Part shown: positions 52,770 through 64,000 of the stretch, piece by piece | Numbering within the stretch: the first letter of the stretch is position 1 | How the letters are laid out: every line of letters begins with the position of its first letter | Assembly: GCF_006345805.1 (NCBI RefSeq) | Contig: NC_043016.1 | Coordinates: 17,174,001 to 17,238,000 of the forward strand | Length of the DNA stretch: 64,000 nt | DNA from: Octopus sinensis | Taxonomy: Eukaryota | Direction: 5' to 3' | The notes under the pieces: generated by a model | Seen by the model: the letters and a program-made list of their open reading frames with translations, nothing else | Told to the model about the DNA's origin: nothing | The model's database searches: none | Position numbers and translations under genes: made by a program

Positions 52770-52937
52770 CATTAGACTGCGGCCATGTTGGGGCAGCGCC
52801 TTGAAGAATTTTTAGTTGAATGAATTGATCCCAATACTTATCGTTTTTAAAGCCTGGTATTTATTCTATCGGTCTCTTTTACTGATTACAGGGACATAAA
52901 CACTCCATCACCTGTTGTCAAGTGGTGGTGGGGATAA

Positions 52938-52980
<43 letters not shown>

Positions 52981-53140
52981 CATATACGACGGGCTTCTTT
53001 TAGTTTCCGTCTACCAAATTCACTCACAAGGTTTTGGTTAGCCCGAGGCAATAGTAGAAGATACTTGCATAAGGTACCATGCAGTTGGACTGAACCCGGA
53101 ACCATGTGGTTGGGAAGTAAACTTCTTGCCACACAGCCTT
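52770..53140 (-). mobile_element. SINE A
   Basis: Reverse homology, internal (CA)n. Confidence 0.85.
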
Positions 53141-53144
53141 GCCC

Positions 53145-53340
53145 GGAGGCACAAATTTGTGGGGAGGGGGACAAGTCGATTATGTCGACCACAGTGTTTC
53201 ACTGGTACTTAATTTATCGACTCCGAAAGGATGAAAGGCAAAGTCGACCTCTGCGGAATTTGAACCCAGAACGTGCAGCCAGATGAAATGCCGCAAAATA
53301 TTTCACCCGGCGTGCTAATGATTCTGCCAGCTCACCACCT
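53145..53340 (-). mobile_element. SINE B
   Basis: Reverse homology, adjoining (AAT)n. Confidence 0.85.
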
Positions 53341-53389
<49 letters not shown>

Positions 53390-53601
53390 GCATCAACAGC
53401 AATTGTAATAATCTACACAGGTTGCCACCCTAAAATATACTAATTATACTCTGCCCAATTACTACCCAGTAAAATAACGAGTCATACACCCGATGTTATA
53501 CAAGCAACAATCCACCACAACCGACACTCACATACTCTATACAGTTACCACCCAACAAAACAACACAACTTAGGTTGCACATAATCTGCACAAGCAGACG
53601 G

Positions 53602-53647
<46 letters not shown>

Positions 53648-53824
53648 TGTGTGTGTGTGTGTGTTTGTGTGTATGTGTGTGTGTGTGTTTATTGCAACGA
53701 AAATAATTGCAATATGAATGCCAGTGTTATTTTGCGAGTTATTTAGGTATGTGTTGCAGTGTTGATTATGTATTTGTATCCATATTTTTTTTTAATCATT
53801 CTCAATATTGTTTAGAAACCGTAG

Positions 53825-54000
53825 GGTGGTGAGCTGGTAGAAACCGTAGGGCAGCGAGGTGGCACGCTGACAAAATGCTCAGCGGCATTTCGCCCGTCTT
53901 TACGTTCCGAGTTCAAATTCCGCAGAAGTCGACATTGAATTCCCTCCTTTCGTGATCGACTTATCTCCAGGCTTTGTGTCAAAATCTGAAACCAATATTT
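53825..54000 (+). mobile_element. SINE B (internally deleted)
   Basis: Head, partial core and tail aaatctgaaacc. Confidence 0.7.
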
Positions 54001-54094
54001 TGTAGAAATCCTATATATGGTTTTAACTATTTCCAGATCTTTATATTTTGACACTTTTCTATTTATTTTTGAGGTATCTTTTGTAGCTATCTTG

Positions 54095-54290
54095 TTTCTT
54101 TCTTTAGGTGCCATTTTCAGAATAAGCAATCATGTCCTGCCATAATTCTCTGTTCTTTGTTGTCTGTAACAGTTTCACTTCCTGATGTTTAATGCCTTTT
54201 CCTTCCAACCAATTCCTCGAGATTGGCATCCAGATCATCCTACTCCTTTCTCTGCTTCTTTTACCTTCAGTCTTTGCGGTCATTGTTAAA
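54095..54290 (-). mobile_element. RTE-clade LINE 3' end
   Basis: EGKRSR.RSRMIWM...WLEGKG...KLLQTTKNRELWQDMIA..GT*, a typical RTE terminus (GRRSRGR...DR..WR). Confidence 0.6.
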
Positions 54291-54319
54291 TTCTCCCTGG
54301 GCCCTCTGGAGCCTACGAT

Positions 54320-54615
54320 TTCTTTTGCCGGTCCGCTAAGTTACGGGAACGTAAACAAACCAACACCGGGTTTCAAGAGGAAATACACACACGCGTACAC
54401 ACATCTCTGTTGTTTGTCTGTCTGTCTGATACACTGATCTCTCTCTCTCTCTCTTTCTGACACACACATGCAACAGGTTTCTTTCAGTTTCTGCCTATAA
54501 AATCCACTCACAAGGCCTGGGGCTCTAATAGAAGACATTTGACCAAGCTGTCAAGCAGAAGGACTGAACCCTCGACCATGTAGTTGAGAAGCAAACTTCT
54601 TACCACACAGCCATG
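54320..54615 (-). mobile_element. SINE A (older)
   Basis: Reverse homology. Confidence 0.7.
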
Positions 54616-56275
54616 CTTGTGCCTCTTCGCAGTGTTGACATAGTTTCCAATATGTAAATTACAAATTGTTTTAAATCTGTTAAAATACTCCTTGGGGTTA
54701 GAACTGGATAAAAACAAGGCAAAGATATTCTGAAATTACTTTTTGTATTTTGCGTTGAACTGCACTTTCGGTAGTTTCTGATTTAAAAGACTTTGGCAGA
54801 GTGCCGCAAAGAAACTCATTCGATTCCAGCTTGTGTTAAGAACTCTGCTTGGTTTAGTTAGCTTCGTTGGGAAATTTTCAAGTAAGGGTCTTTTTTGGCA
54901 AGGTCTTAACATAACATTTTGTAATCCCATTTTCATCTCATTTTCACAAAGTTTCAATCATTTAAAATACTTTCTTCTACAGTTTCATTATTCAGCCAGA
55001 GTCTGATCTCTCAGTTTCCCAGTTTTATATTTGTTGATTAATTTGAGGAAGGAAAGCGGTTTTCTAACTATTTGGACTTGTTATTCAAAGGGGGTATCCT
55101 TCTACTGTGTTCGCCATTAACAGCGCAGCTTAATTTCCGTCAAATCACATCCCACCATCTTAAAAAAAAAGGTGTGCGTGTGTGTGTATGGGGAGTGGAT
55201 TCATAATAAACTAATGTATAAACCCCGACTCCATATAAAAATATAAATAAAACCCCGGTATATTCACGTCTGAAATACTTTTGTTATGTCTAGTCGAGCA
55301 TAGTTGTAAGTAAACAGCAGCAACAAGATATATCCGCTTTACTGCAATACAAATTTGATAATTTTCAAGACTCAGTAAGGTTCCACCATCCTATATTTGT
55401 GGTGAATATCTTTGTCAGGATTTGATTGGTGTATTCTAAATGCAATCTTTTCTTTTCTCTCTTTTACTTTTGTTTATTGCGTCATTTGGTGTCTTGTCGA
55501 GAATTTTATAAACGCAACATATCATTAACACAGCTTGGTTACTGATACCTATTATGCCTTATTCTATTTGTCTATTTATTGCATTTAGCTACTTCGGTAT
55601 TATAAACTTCTTTAAAAGCATTAATCTAATGTGTATGCAATATTTTACGAAGGGTTCGTAGCGATGCCTGAGTCCTCACAAGATTCTGGGCATAAATGAA
55701 TACCAGTTGAATTGTTTATCTACCGCTGAGAACTTTTGGCCAAAATACATTGGGCAACTTCGACAAATATCGGATTTGGTTAGAACAAAAGAGGAGTCTT
55801 ATCGATCCGCGATACGCTCTTCTAAAAAGGAAGTGTCGCCATACGAGATATGCAAGAATACCGTTTCAGAATCCGAGGAAACTTTACCATTTTTTTTGTC
55901 TCACACTCAGATAAATGGGCAGCCTAAATACGTCGGATTCTTCTTCTTCTTCCCACGTTTTATAAACATCTCCAAACTTCACCGATTTAAGACCACCCTC
56001 ACCACCAGTTTCATTAGGCTGTGCTGTTTACTTTTATTTACTATCATATATTTATTCCATCGCTTTTTGTAGCTATTTTGGAACCATTTCCTTCGGACTC
56101 GCAATGCAGTGTTTATGTTTCTGCTGGTTTTTGGGTTGTATTTCTTAACATTGTCGCGGTGGATGATTTTCACATTCTTTTGCAGACAATTTGAGTGTCG
56201 TTGTTTCTCAACATTTTGTCAATTTTTTCTCTCTCTCTCTTACTCCTCTGAGCGCTCACTCTGTCTGCTTGCTTG

Positions 56276-56317
<42 letters not shown>

Positions 56318-56369
56318 GTCAATGCATGTGTCATCTATGAAAGTTGACGCGTGTATGTGGTGAGGGTGA

Positions 56370-56560
56370 CCAGCACCAGCACAAAACTAACGCACACAGA
56401 TATATATACGCGACGGGTTTCCAATTTGCGTCAACCAAATTCGCTTACAAAGCATTAGTTGACTTGATGCTATTGTAGAAGACGCTTAAGGTGGCGTGAA
56501 GTGGGGCTGAACCCGAAACCACGTGGTTATGCAACGAGCTTCTTACGTGCACAGCCTTGC
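56370..56560 (-). mobile_element. SINE A head (older)
   Basis: Reverse homology to the head. Confidence 0.6.
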
Positions 56561-56652
56561 CTTTGCTAGTAATATATTGATATTTGTTAAACAACTAGTA
56601 TACAATCTGTTTTCCTTGTACCACTTTATTTGATCGCTATAACATGTAGTTT

Positions 56653-56810
56653 CAGGGGCGGACTGAGCCATCGGTCAATCGGGCACTGCCCGAGGGTCCG
56701 GAGCTCCGAGGGGCCTGCACTCTACATGTTAACTCTTTTAAAACACACATTCAAAGGGTCCCAGTAAAAAGTTATGCCCGAGGGTCCTTAATGCTCTCAG
56801 TCCGCCCCTG
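56653..56810. mobile_element. hAT-type MITE (158 bp)
   Basis: Perfect 15-bp TIR CAGGGGCGGACTGAG/CTCAGTCCGCCCCTG; perfect 8-bp TSD TGTAGTTT. Confidence 0.95.
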
Positions 56811-56911
56811 TGTAGTTTTATCTTCAGGATTCTACTTTGCACGGATTACACATTATCACATCATGTCTCGCATGTCGATAACATCGCGATGATAATTATG
56901 GGGTTGACTGA

Positions 56912-57300
56912 AGGCGGTGAGCTGGCAGAAACATTAGCACGCCGGACGAAATGTTTAGCGGTATTTCGTCTGCCGTTACGTTCTGAGTTCAAATTCCGCC
57001 GTGGTCGACTTTGCCTTTCATCTTTTCGGGGTCGATAAATTAAGTACCAGTTACGCACTGGGGTCGATATAATCGACTTAATCTGTTTGTCTGTTCTTGT
57101 TTGTCCCCTCTGTATTTAACCCCTTGTGGATAGTAAAGAAATAGGTATTTCGCCTGTCTTTATGTTCTGAGTTCAAATTCCGCTGAGGTCGACTTTGCCT
57201 TTCATCCTTTCGGGGTCGATAAATTAAGTACCAGTTGTGTACTGTGGTCGATCTAATCGATTGGCCTTCTTTCCCTCAAAATTTCGGGCCTCGAGGTTAG
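56912..57300 (+). mobile_element. SINE B dimer
   Basis: A full copy followed by a second copy starting at the B-box region. Confidence 0.85.
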
Positions 57301-57379
57301 AGAAGAAAAGAATTATGGTGTTGAATCCCCAAAACCTGCAACAGTTGTCATTTCGAGGTATTTTACATACAATCTAACT

Positions 57380-58250
57380 CTTTATTCTGGTACTATTTCC
57401 TTTTCCTATATTGCGACGCATACCCTTCAGAGTGAGTCTTAATACTCCTGTTGTTGGTCTAACACAGACGACTTCTGCTTCTGTCTCTTTGAAGTTTTCT
57501 GACAACGTAGCCATACGTGACCTTCCGTTGATAAGCAGGAATCTTTCGTCAAATGTTCTTCTATGGTCAAGTAATGTGACTTCCCTGAGTGTGTACCCAT
57601 GGTCTTCAATCAGCGAATAAAATCCGTGTAACTACTTTCCAACTCTCAAGATGCTATTTACTTCACTCATGAACGAACTCCAACGCTTTGTGGTTGATAA
57701 ATTCTGTCGAAGGGTTATGATATAGCATTAAGAAATTGTTTGAATCGATGTTGAACTTCGACCTCCTTGTTTTAGGCAGAGGCGGTCAATTTAAATATAG
57801 ATATAGAAATTTATGGTGTTGGGTTTTGTAAAAATGGTTAAGATATCACCTAATGTCCAATCGAATAACCCGAATGCTGGTATAAATACTGCAATAGCAA
57901 TCACATCTTGAGCTTTATGTTGGTTACACAGAGACGGTTGAGGACAGTATGTATATTTTATCTGAGTGTCTGGTTACACGTTCCATGTAACGTTATAAGT
58001 ACTATCATAGGACATACCTTTATCTCCATCCCTGGGTATCTGTTGTATTCCTTGCCAGATATTGCAGAAGTGATCAGGCTATTAATAAAGCTGTTACTAG
58101 ATAACCTTTTCTTCGTTTTACAATTAGGTAGGAACAGTTCATTATTTTGAGAATGTCCTAACCATGTCAAAGCTCTGCACACCTTTTTAGATGGCCCATA
58201 AAGTAGCTATGTGCCGTGTTGGTGTTTCTGCCAGACTATAAGCTAATCAC
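57380..58250 (-). mobile_element. R4/Dong-like RT thumb remnant
   Basis: Minus AVFIPAFGLFDWTLGDI (cf. AIP...PTFG.L.W), Y.YPGM (YKYLG-like), and a GGR motif. Confidence 0.55.
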
Positions 58251-58368
58251 ACACCATTCACGTTTCTTCAACAAAAAAATATAAGGAGCTCAAGACAATT
58301 ATAAACAGCATTCGAACCCATGTCATCATCAAATATACCATCGCGATGCTTTATTCTCTTTTGGTGAA

Positions 58369-58575
58369 GGCGCGTGGCTGAGTGGTTAGGATATCCAGCT
58401 CATGTAAAGTTCATGAATTCGATTCCCCGCAGCTGTGTGTGTCCTTGAGCAAGATTCTTTATTTCATGTTGCTCCACTTCACTCAGCTGGCAAAAATGAG
58501 TTGTACCAGTATTTCAAGAGAACCAGTCTTGTCCCAGTCTGTGTCACGCTGAATCTCCTTGAGAACTACGTAAAG
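58369..58575 (+). mobile_element. SINE C-related element with a different 3' half
   Basis: Shares the head and GTGTCCTTGAGCAAG..TTGCTCCA..TCACTCAGCTG with family C, then diverges. Confidence 0.65.
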
Positions 58576-58680
58576 AGAGAAAGAGAGAGAAAGTCAGACA
58601 AGTGCCTTTGGAATATGCGCGCGCGCACACATGCCCGCACTTACGCACTACCTAATGAATTGCGCATACATAGACATTTC

Positions 58681-58712
<32 letters not shown>

Positions 58713-59266
58713 CTCTAACTTTGTCTGCCTGTATGTGTGTGGGTGCGTCAATAGCATCCGTGTGTGTGTGAGTCTGTGAATGTGTGCACGTACAAATAAC
58801 GTTCATGTGAATTTCTCTCTCTCTCTCCAACACATGCACTTTTACCATCCCCTTTCTGCAGAATGACAGATTTTTTACACCACAGGTATCTGTCTTGAGC
58901 ACTTTACTACAATAGATATCTGCCCGGCGTTATTATTTTTCGTGAAATATTTGAGCTCTGGGTGAAGTATTTTTCTTCTGTTTATATAGTCACCAGAGGA
59001 GCCGTTTCCCTTATCTTATAGCAGTTACAAAAGTCATAGTTCTCAGGAAATGTACTTTTATAATTCCGATTTCTTCTATAATTTCAATGTTTTAACTCTT
59101 CGTTTCTTCGAAGTTGTTGATGTTGCATGTCCTAACCCATTTCGTCTGCTTGGTGAATTTAAATGTGTGACACTAGGATTAGAACAAAAGGTTTGTTCAA
59201 TGAATGTGATTATTAGAACCTGTTATCTAACAAAGTTTATTGATAATTGTAGCTTGAATGTGGGAA

Positions 59267-59607
59267 GGTGCATGGCTCAGTGGTTAGAGCGTCGGGCTCA
59301 CAATCATGTGGTAGTGAGTCCGATTCCCGGACCGTGTTGTGTGCTGTGTTCTTGAGCAAGACACTTTATTTCGCATTGCTCCAGTTTACTCATCTGTATA
59401 AATGAGTTGCGACGTCACTGGTACCAAGCTGTATCGGCCCCTTTGCTTTTCCCTTGGATAATATCGGTGGCGTGGTGAGGAGAAGCTGGTATGGCATGGG
59501 CGACTTACTGGTCTTCCATAAACAACCTTGCCTGGACTTGTGCATTGGAGGGCAACTTTCTAGGTGCAATCCTATGCTCATTCATGACCGACAGGAGTCT
59601 TTTAGCT
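59267..59607 (+). mobile_element. tRNA-derived SINE family C, full length
   Basis: A-box TGGCTCAGTGGTTAGAGC, B-box-like GTCCGATTCC, GTGTTCTTGAGCAAGACACT domain, tail ...GGTGCAATCC.ATG.TCATTCATGACCG. Confidence 0.85.
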
Positions 59608-60415
59608 TGAATGTTGGAAACAGCATTCACCGTGAAACCTGGCTCATAGGATTATAATCCAATGAGAAATATATAATCGTATATTTCGGATTACATTGGA
59701 TACATTTTTACAACGTATGTCCTTCGGTCTCTTTGAAAATTGCCGTTACCATTGCTACATGTGTTATCCTGTGCGTTTGCTATATTAAAATAATGTTCTG
59801 TCGTTCGAGAGCAAAGACGGTAGTTGAGAGGCAGGAAGGGTCGCAATTCTCAAGTCGTTGATGCGGCTGCGTCGTCTGTTGCTATGTGGTACTGAAATAA
59901 ATGCCAGCTGTGTCTAGGAAACAGTCGTACTTGAACACGGATTGATTGTTTGTCTGCCTGTTTGTTTATATATGTACGTGCGTTCGTTTATACGTATTTA
60001 TGTAGGCATGTATGTATGTTTTCTTCAAAGTTTTTATTCATTTGGGGAATTCAGGCTAGCCACTAACCGAATGCCAGGGCTCTTTTATTTCCATTTTAGG
60101 CAGCTGTTGGGGCTTTGTGATTATCTGAATCGGTTGACGTGCGTTCCAGGATACATGTGTTTGGGCTTCCCGCTTTTTATGCTTTTTCTATATAAATGCC
60201 TGAGCTTTACTCTTTTGTGTGTGTTCATGCATACCATATGTATCTGTGGATGTGAGGGTATATCTAGCGCAGGAAATTCACACTCGGGGCCCCTGGAGTT
60301 TTTCTTATTAATGTTTAGAATGGGATACTCACATGGGAAATCTCTGGAACGTTTTGCAGATTTTATCTGTGCCGTTGATCTGATTATATTTCGAGGACGC
60401 GGATTAGTTTGATTT

Positions 60416-60454
<39 letters not shown>

Positions 60455-60529
60455 GTCTGTCTGTCTGTCTGTCTGTCAGCCTGTCTGCCTGTCTGCCTGT
60501 CTGTCTTTCTTTCTTTCTTTCTTTCTTTT

Positions 60530-60875
60530 GGAAGACGCCTGTTTTTCTAGGTTCTTCTGCAAATCAGTTGCAGTGTACCCCCGGTGCACCTATGATAATG
60601 GGTATCTGCGCATATAATCTCTACTACAGTGCATGTTTTTTGCTCTCAGTCCCAAAGTCTGGTCCTTTGTACTCACACCAGGTTGCTGTTCTTATTGGAA
60701 TATTCCACCACTGTTCTTGGATTTAAAAGTGTGAATGCATTCCAGTTCTGGTGTACTTTTAGTATGGTTGTCGTGGCAGTCCTTCCTTCGTGTGACATTG
60801 TAAACTATCCTCCCGACAACGTCATGTCCCGTGGGGAGGTAATATATTGTAGACGTTTTCTGGGTGGCTTTTGAT
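60530..60875 (-). mobile_element. R4/Dong-like restriction-like endonuclease remnant
   Basis: Minus YYLPTGHDVVGRIVYN...WWNIPIRTAT...IIGAPG(ALG) motifs. Confidence 0.6.
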
Positions 60876-61172
60876 GATGTGTGTACTTCTTAAACACTCG
60901 AATTGTATAATTAACATTTTTCTATCGCCTTTTATGTATGTATGTATGTATGTATGTATGTATGTATGTATGTATGTATGTATGTATGTATGTATGTATG
61001 TTATGTACGTGTCTATGAATGTATGGATAGATATATACATGTGTGTGTATATATGTGTGTGTGTAATGGAATGTAATTTAATATATATATGTGTGTAATA
61101 AAATTTAATATATATATATATATATGTATATATAATATAATATAATTTAATATATGTAATATAATTTAATTC

Positions 61173-61209
<37 letters not shown>

Positions 61210-62339
61210 GTGCGTGTGTGTGTGTGTGTGTGTAATATAATTTAATATATGTGTGTGTATGTGTAATATAAATTAATATATGTGTTTGTATGTGTAATAT
61301 AATTTAATATATGTGTGTATGTGTAATATAATTTAATATGCGTGTGTGTGTGTCAACATGCGTACTCATTTCTCAAAGTGACACTGCACTTTAAATCAGT
61401 GAAAGATTTATCGGATAAATTGTTAACATTTTGGAAAGATTTCGCAAAAGGACATATGGCAGCATAAAAAACCATTATACTGTATCGAATCACATTCACC
61501 TTATCCGACTTGGTGTTAAGTAGATTAAATCTAATAATTTTCTTAAGATATTTCTTGGTAATGTATGTTTAAAAGTGTGAACTGCAGAGTGATTATATTT
61601 CAACATGGACCCAACTCCCCCTTGATCGGGGTAAGGTTCTCTTGAGAGCGAAATTGATCAAGAATGAAACACTGTGACAGTCTACGTTCCACTGCTTCTT
61701 CGGGTGTGACTTTGGTGTGTGTGTGTGTGTTTATACATATGTTTACATATATTTATATGTGTGTATGCATATACACGTATATATTCAAACATACATACAC
61801 ACATAAATACTTTCATATATGCATGCACTCTTACATACATGCATACATACATACATACATACATACATACATACATACATACATACATACACACACACAT
61901 ATGATTAAATGTTACCCAGACGAACGTTGTGAACGAGGAGGGGCGTAAATTAATAAGAAATTATATTTCTGCGAAGAAACATTTCGTAGATTTTTGTAGC
62001 AATGAAATTTAACATTGGCAAATACCTTCATAAAACATCAGAAACACATAAAACAACAAGTAGAAGAGTATATTTGTGGTCATATTCGAAATTTTAGATT
62101 CTAGACTTCATCAACAAGAAAGTGTAGCCACAATTTAAAAACAAAACAAACAAACTTAGATATAAATTCGTGCACAGTAAACACCAAATATTAAATAGAA
62201 TACTAAATCACCTGTCCTCCAGAAGTCTCAGAGCAATGTATTGTAGCATGAACGTAAATAACATAAATCTCTACAAAAGTTTCCTCATCACAAGAACAAG
62301 CTGAAAGCTAACGAAAGTCATGAGATAAATTCAACAGGC

Positions 62340-64000
62340 AAGATGTAGAGAATTACAAGATGACTACCGCGAGTGTTGCAATAATAATGATAATAATAAA
62401 AATAATGGCACATTACTGGAACTGCTCTACAGAAAATGTCTGATATAAATCTTCAGGACCAGACCTTATAACAGGATATGGGTGCAAGACTCTCAATTTC
62501 TGTCGCCGAGGTTGAATATAAAAGAATCTTGCGAGATACATAAGAATTTTCCAAATAGTTGTCAGCCTCTCTTAGTATTGTTCCCTTTCTCCAAGATAAC
62601 CACATCATCGAAGCTAAAATTACCCCACCCCCACCCAATATGTACATTAGCAGCTCTTTTGTGGTAATTTTTTTTTTATAAGATCTACACTGGATGTTTT
62701 AATCTGTTCTTACAGGAGTATTGTGCCAATAAGAATATTATAATATCTGAGCAATGTGAAGCAAAGAATGAAGTATGGGTTATGATTTAAAAAATAATAC
62801 AAGAAACGGTGAAGAACTGGAAGAAATTGGTCAGATAACCAGAAGGCATTTAATACTGTACCACATGAGAGAATTGGCAAAGCGTTGCAACTAGCCACAA
62901 TGATACAGCCATAATTAGCAGTTATTCAATATCTAACAAGATTTGATACACCACTTTACTTAATTATAGGAGTTATGAACGATCTAATTAAATCCCACGT
63001 CATATATTAGCAAAAAGGTATTGCACTAGGATGGTGTTCTTTGTCCTCTCCTTAAGTCCGTTATTACATCTTCTGAGAAACATGGTATTTACGAAAATGG
63101 CTGCTTTAAATTCAGAAACATCTGACAACTTTTCTTTGTTGAGTAGATAAGCTGAAGTTGTATGGGCCAAAAATTTACGACATGAAAAAATCGAAAAGCA
63201 AACAAGCGGTCTCATTACCCAAAATTCCACCGAAATAAATTTGGTGAGTTCAACGGAAACCTTGTACTTCAGTTTAAAAACAACAACAGAGCCTTAAATG
63301 ACCTAACAATCAGACAGGTGGAAACCAACGGATAAGAACGCCAGATATGATGAACTCGTTAACGTAGAGATGGCGGCGAGCTGGCAGAAACGTTAGCACG
63401 TCGGGCGAAATGCTTAGCGGTCTTTCGTCTACCGCTACGTTCTGAGTTCAAATTCCGCCGAGGTCGACTTTGCCTTTCATCCTTTCGGGGTCGATTAAAT
63501 AAGTACCAGATACGCACTGGGGTCGATATAACCGACTAATCCGTTTGTCTGTCCTTGTTTGTCCCTTCTGTGTGTAGCCCCTTGTGGGCAATAAAGAAAT
63601 AGGTAACAAATGAATACCACTAAGAGTAAAAAATATGGTTATTACAATTCTTAAGAAAACAGCAATCATATCGTTCCCAACATTTGGCAACCTGTATTTC
63701 GTCTTCTGAATTGGTCACTACGAAAATATAGTGAGGTAGAGTTAAAGATTCGTAATCTGCTTAGGGTTACTGAAAATTCCAACACGAATGGGAATATAGG
63801 CAGATGATATTTCCCACGCAAGGAAAATGACCGTGGTGTTAAATCTCTATCAATATTATATGAAACATGGATTGAATACTGAAGCAACATCTCCAGCAGC
63901 GAAGATATTTCAGCAACTGTCTTGTTAACGTTTACCCACAAGAAAATAAAAACATCATTAGGATAGTTAATGAACTTGAGGAGAAACGCGGAAAAGGAGG
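62340..64000 (+). mobile_element. R4/Dong-like RT remnant interrupted by a young SINE
   Basis: KSSGPDLITGY, YKIYTGC, QKAFNTVPHE, LKLYG, PTFG..LNW, and PRK..RG.KSL motifs in order; many stops. Confidence 0.7.
63372..63603 (+). mobile_element. tRNA-derived SINE family B, young full-length copy
   Basis: GGCGGCGAGCTGGCAGAAACGTTAGCACG...GAGTTCAAATTCC (B-box)-GCCGAGGTCGACTTTGCCTTTCATCCTTTCGGGGTCGAT..AAGTACCAG; inserted into an R4-like RT. Confidence 0.9.

Noticed and set aside
51465-57300. Recurrent GTCGAC...GGGGTCGAT repeats resembling a CRISPR or regular array
   Set aside because: Irregular spacing, both strands, embedded in ~200-bp SINEs, in a eukaryotic context with no cas genes.
58862-58885. 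24-nt AG/GT micro-exon in a phase compatible with the NIDO exon
   Set aside because: The encoded RMTDFLHH does not resemble the expected NIDO continuation; non-consensus donor.
59267-59335. tRNA gene candidates (also 35735 and 63372)
   Set aside because: A/B boxes run straight into SINE bodies and there is no complete acceptor stem; these are SINE heads.
59942-60412. 156-aa ORF containing FYSFG
   Set aside because: Lies downstream of the NIDO exon (wrong order), starts in a microsatellite, and sits beside minus-strand LINE relics.

Overview
Eukaryotic, AT-rich, repeat-saturated DNA. It is most likely from an octopus or other coleoid cephalopod; this is an inference from recognising three abundant tRNA-derived SINE families and the microsatellite load. 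The only host protein-coding sequence I can support is one 140-nt plus-strand exon (46376-46515, AG/GT-bounded) encoding part of a NIDO domain (nidogen/SNED1/tectorin class), so the surrounding DNA is probably very large introns or flank. Everything else recognisable is mobile or repetitive. LINE remnants: two Tx1/L1-clade, at least five R4/Dong-like, RTE and CR1. DNA transposons: a full-length but dead Tc1, a maT/DD37D-like transposase remnant, and several MITEs with clean TIRs/TSDs (hAT, piggyBac-like, Merlin-like, foldback). Also present: about 30 SINE copies, Penelope-type terminal repeats carrying minimal hammerhead-ribozyme-like motifs, many microsatellites and one 100-N assembly gap. 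Almost all ORFs in the supplied track are microsatellite translation artefacts. I found no convincing wholly new multi-gene system. The most interesting signals are the non-canonical hammerhead-like motifs, the SINE domain sharing and target bias, and the rearranged Tx1 element. Coordinates of degraded repeats are approximate.
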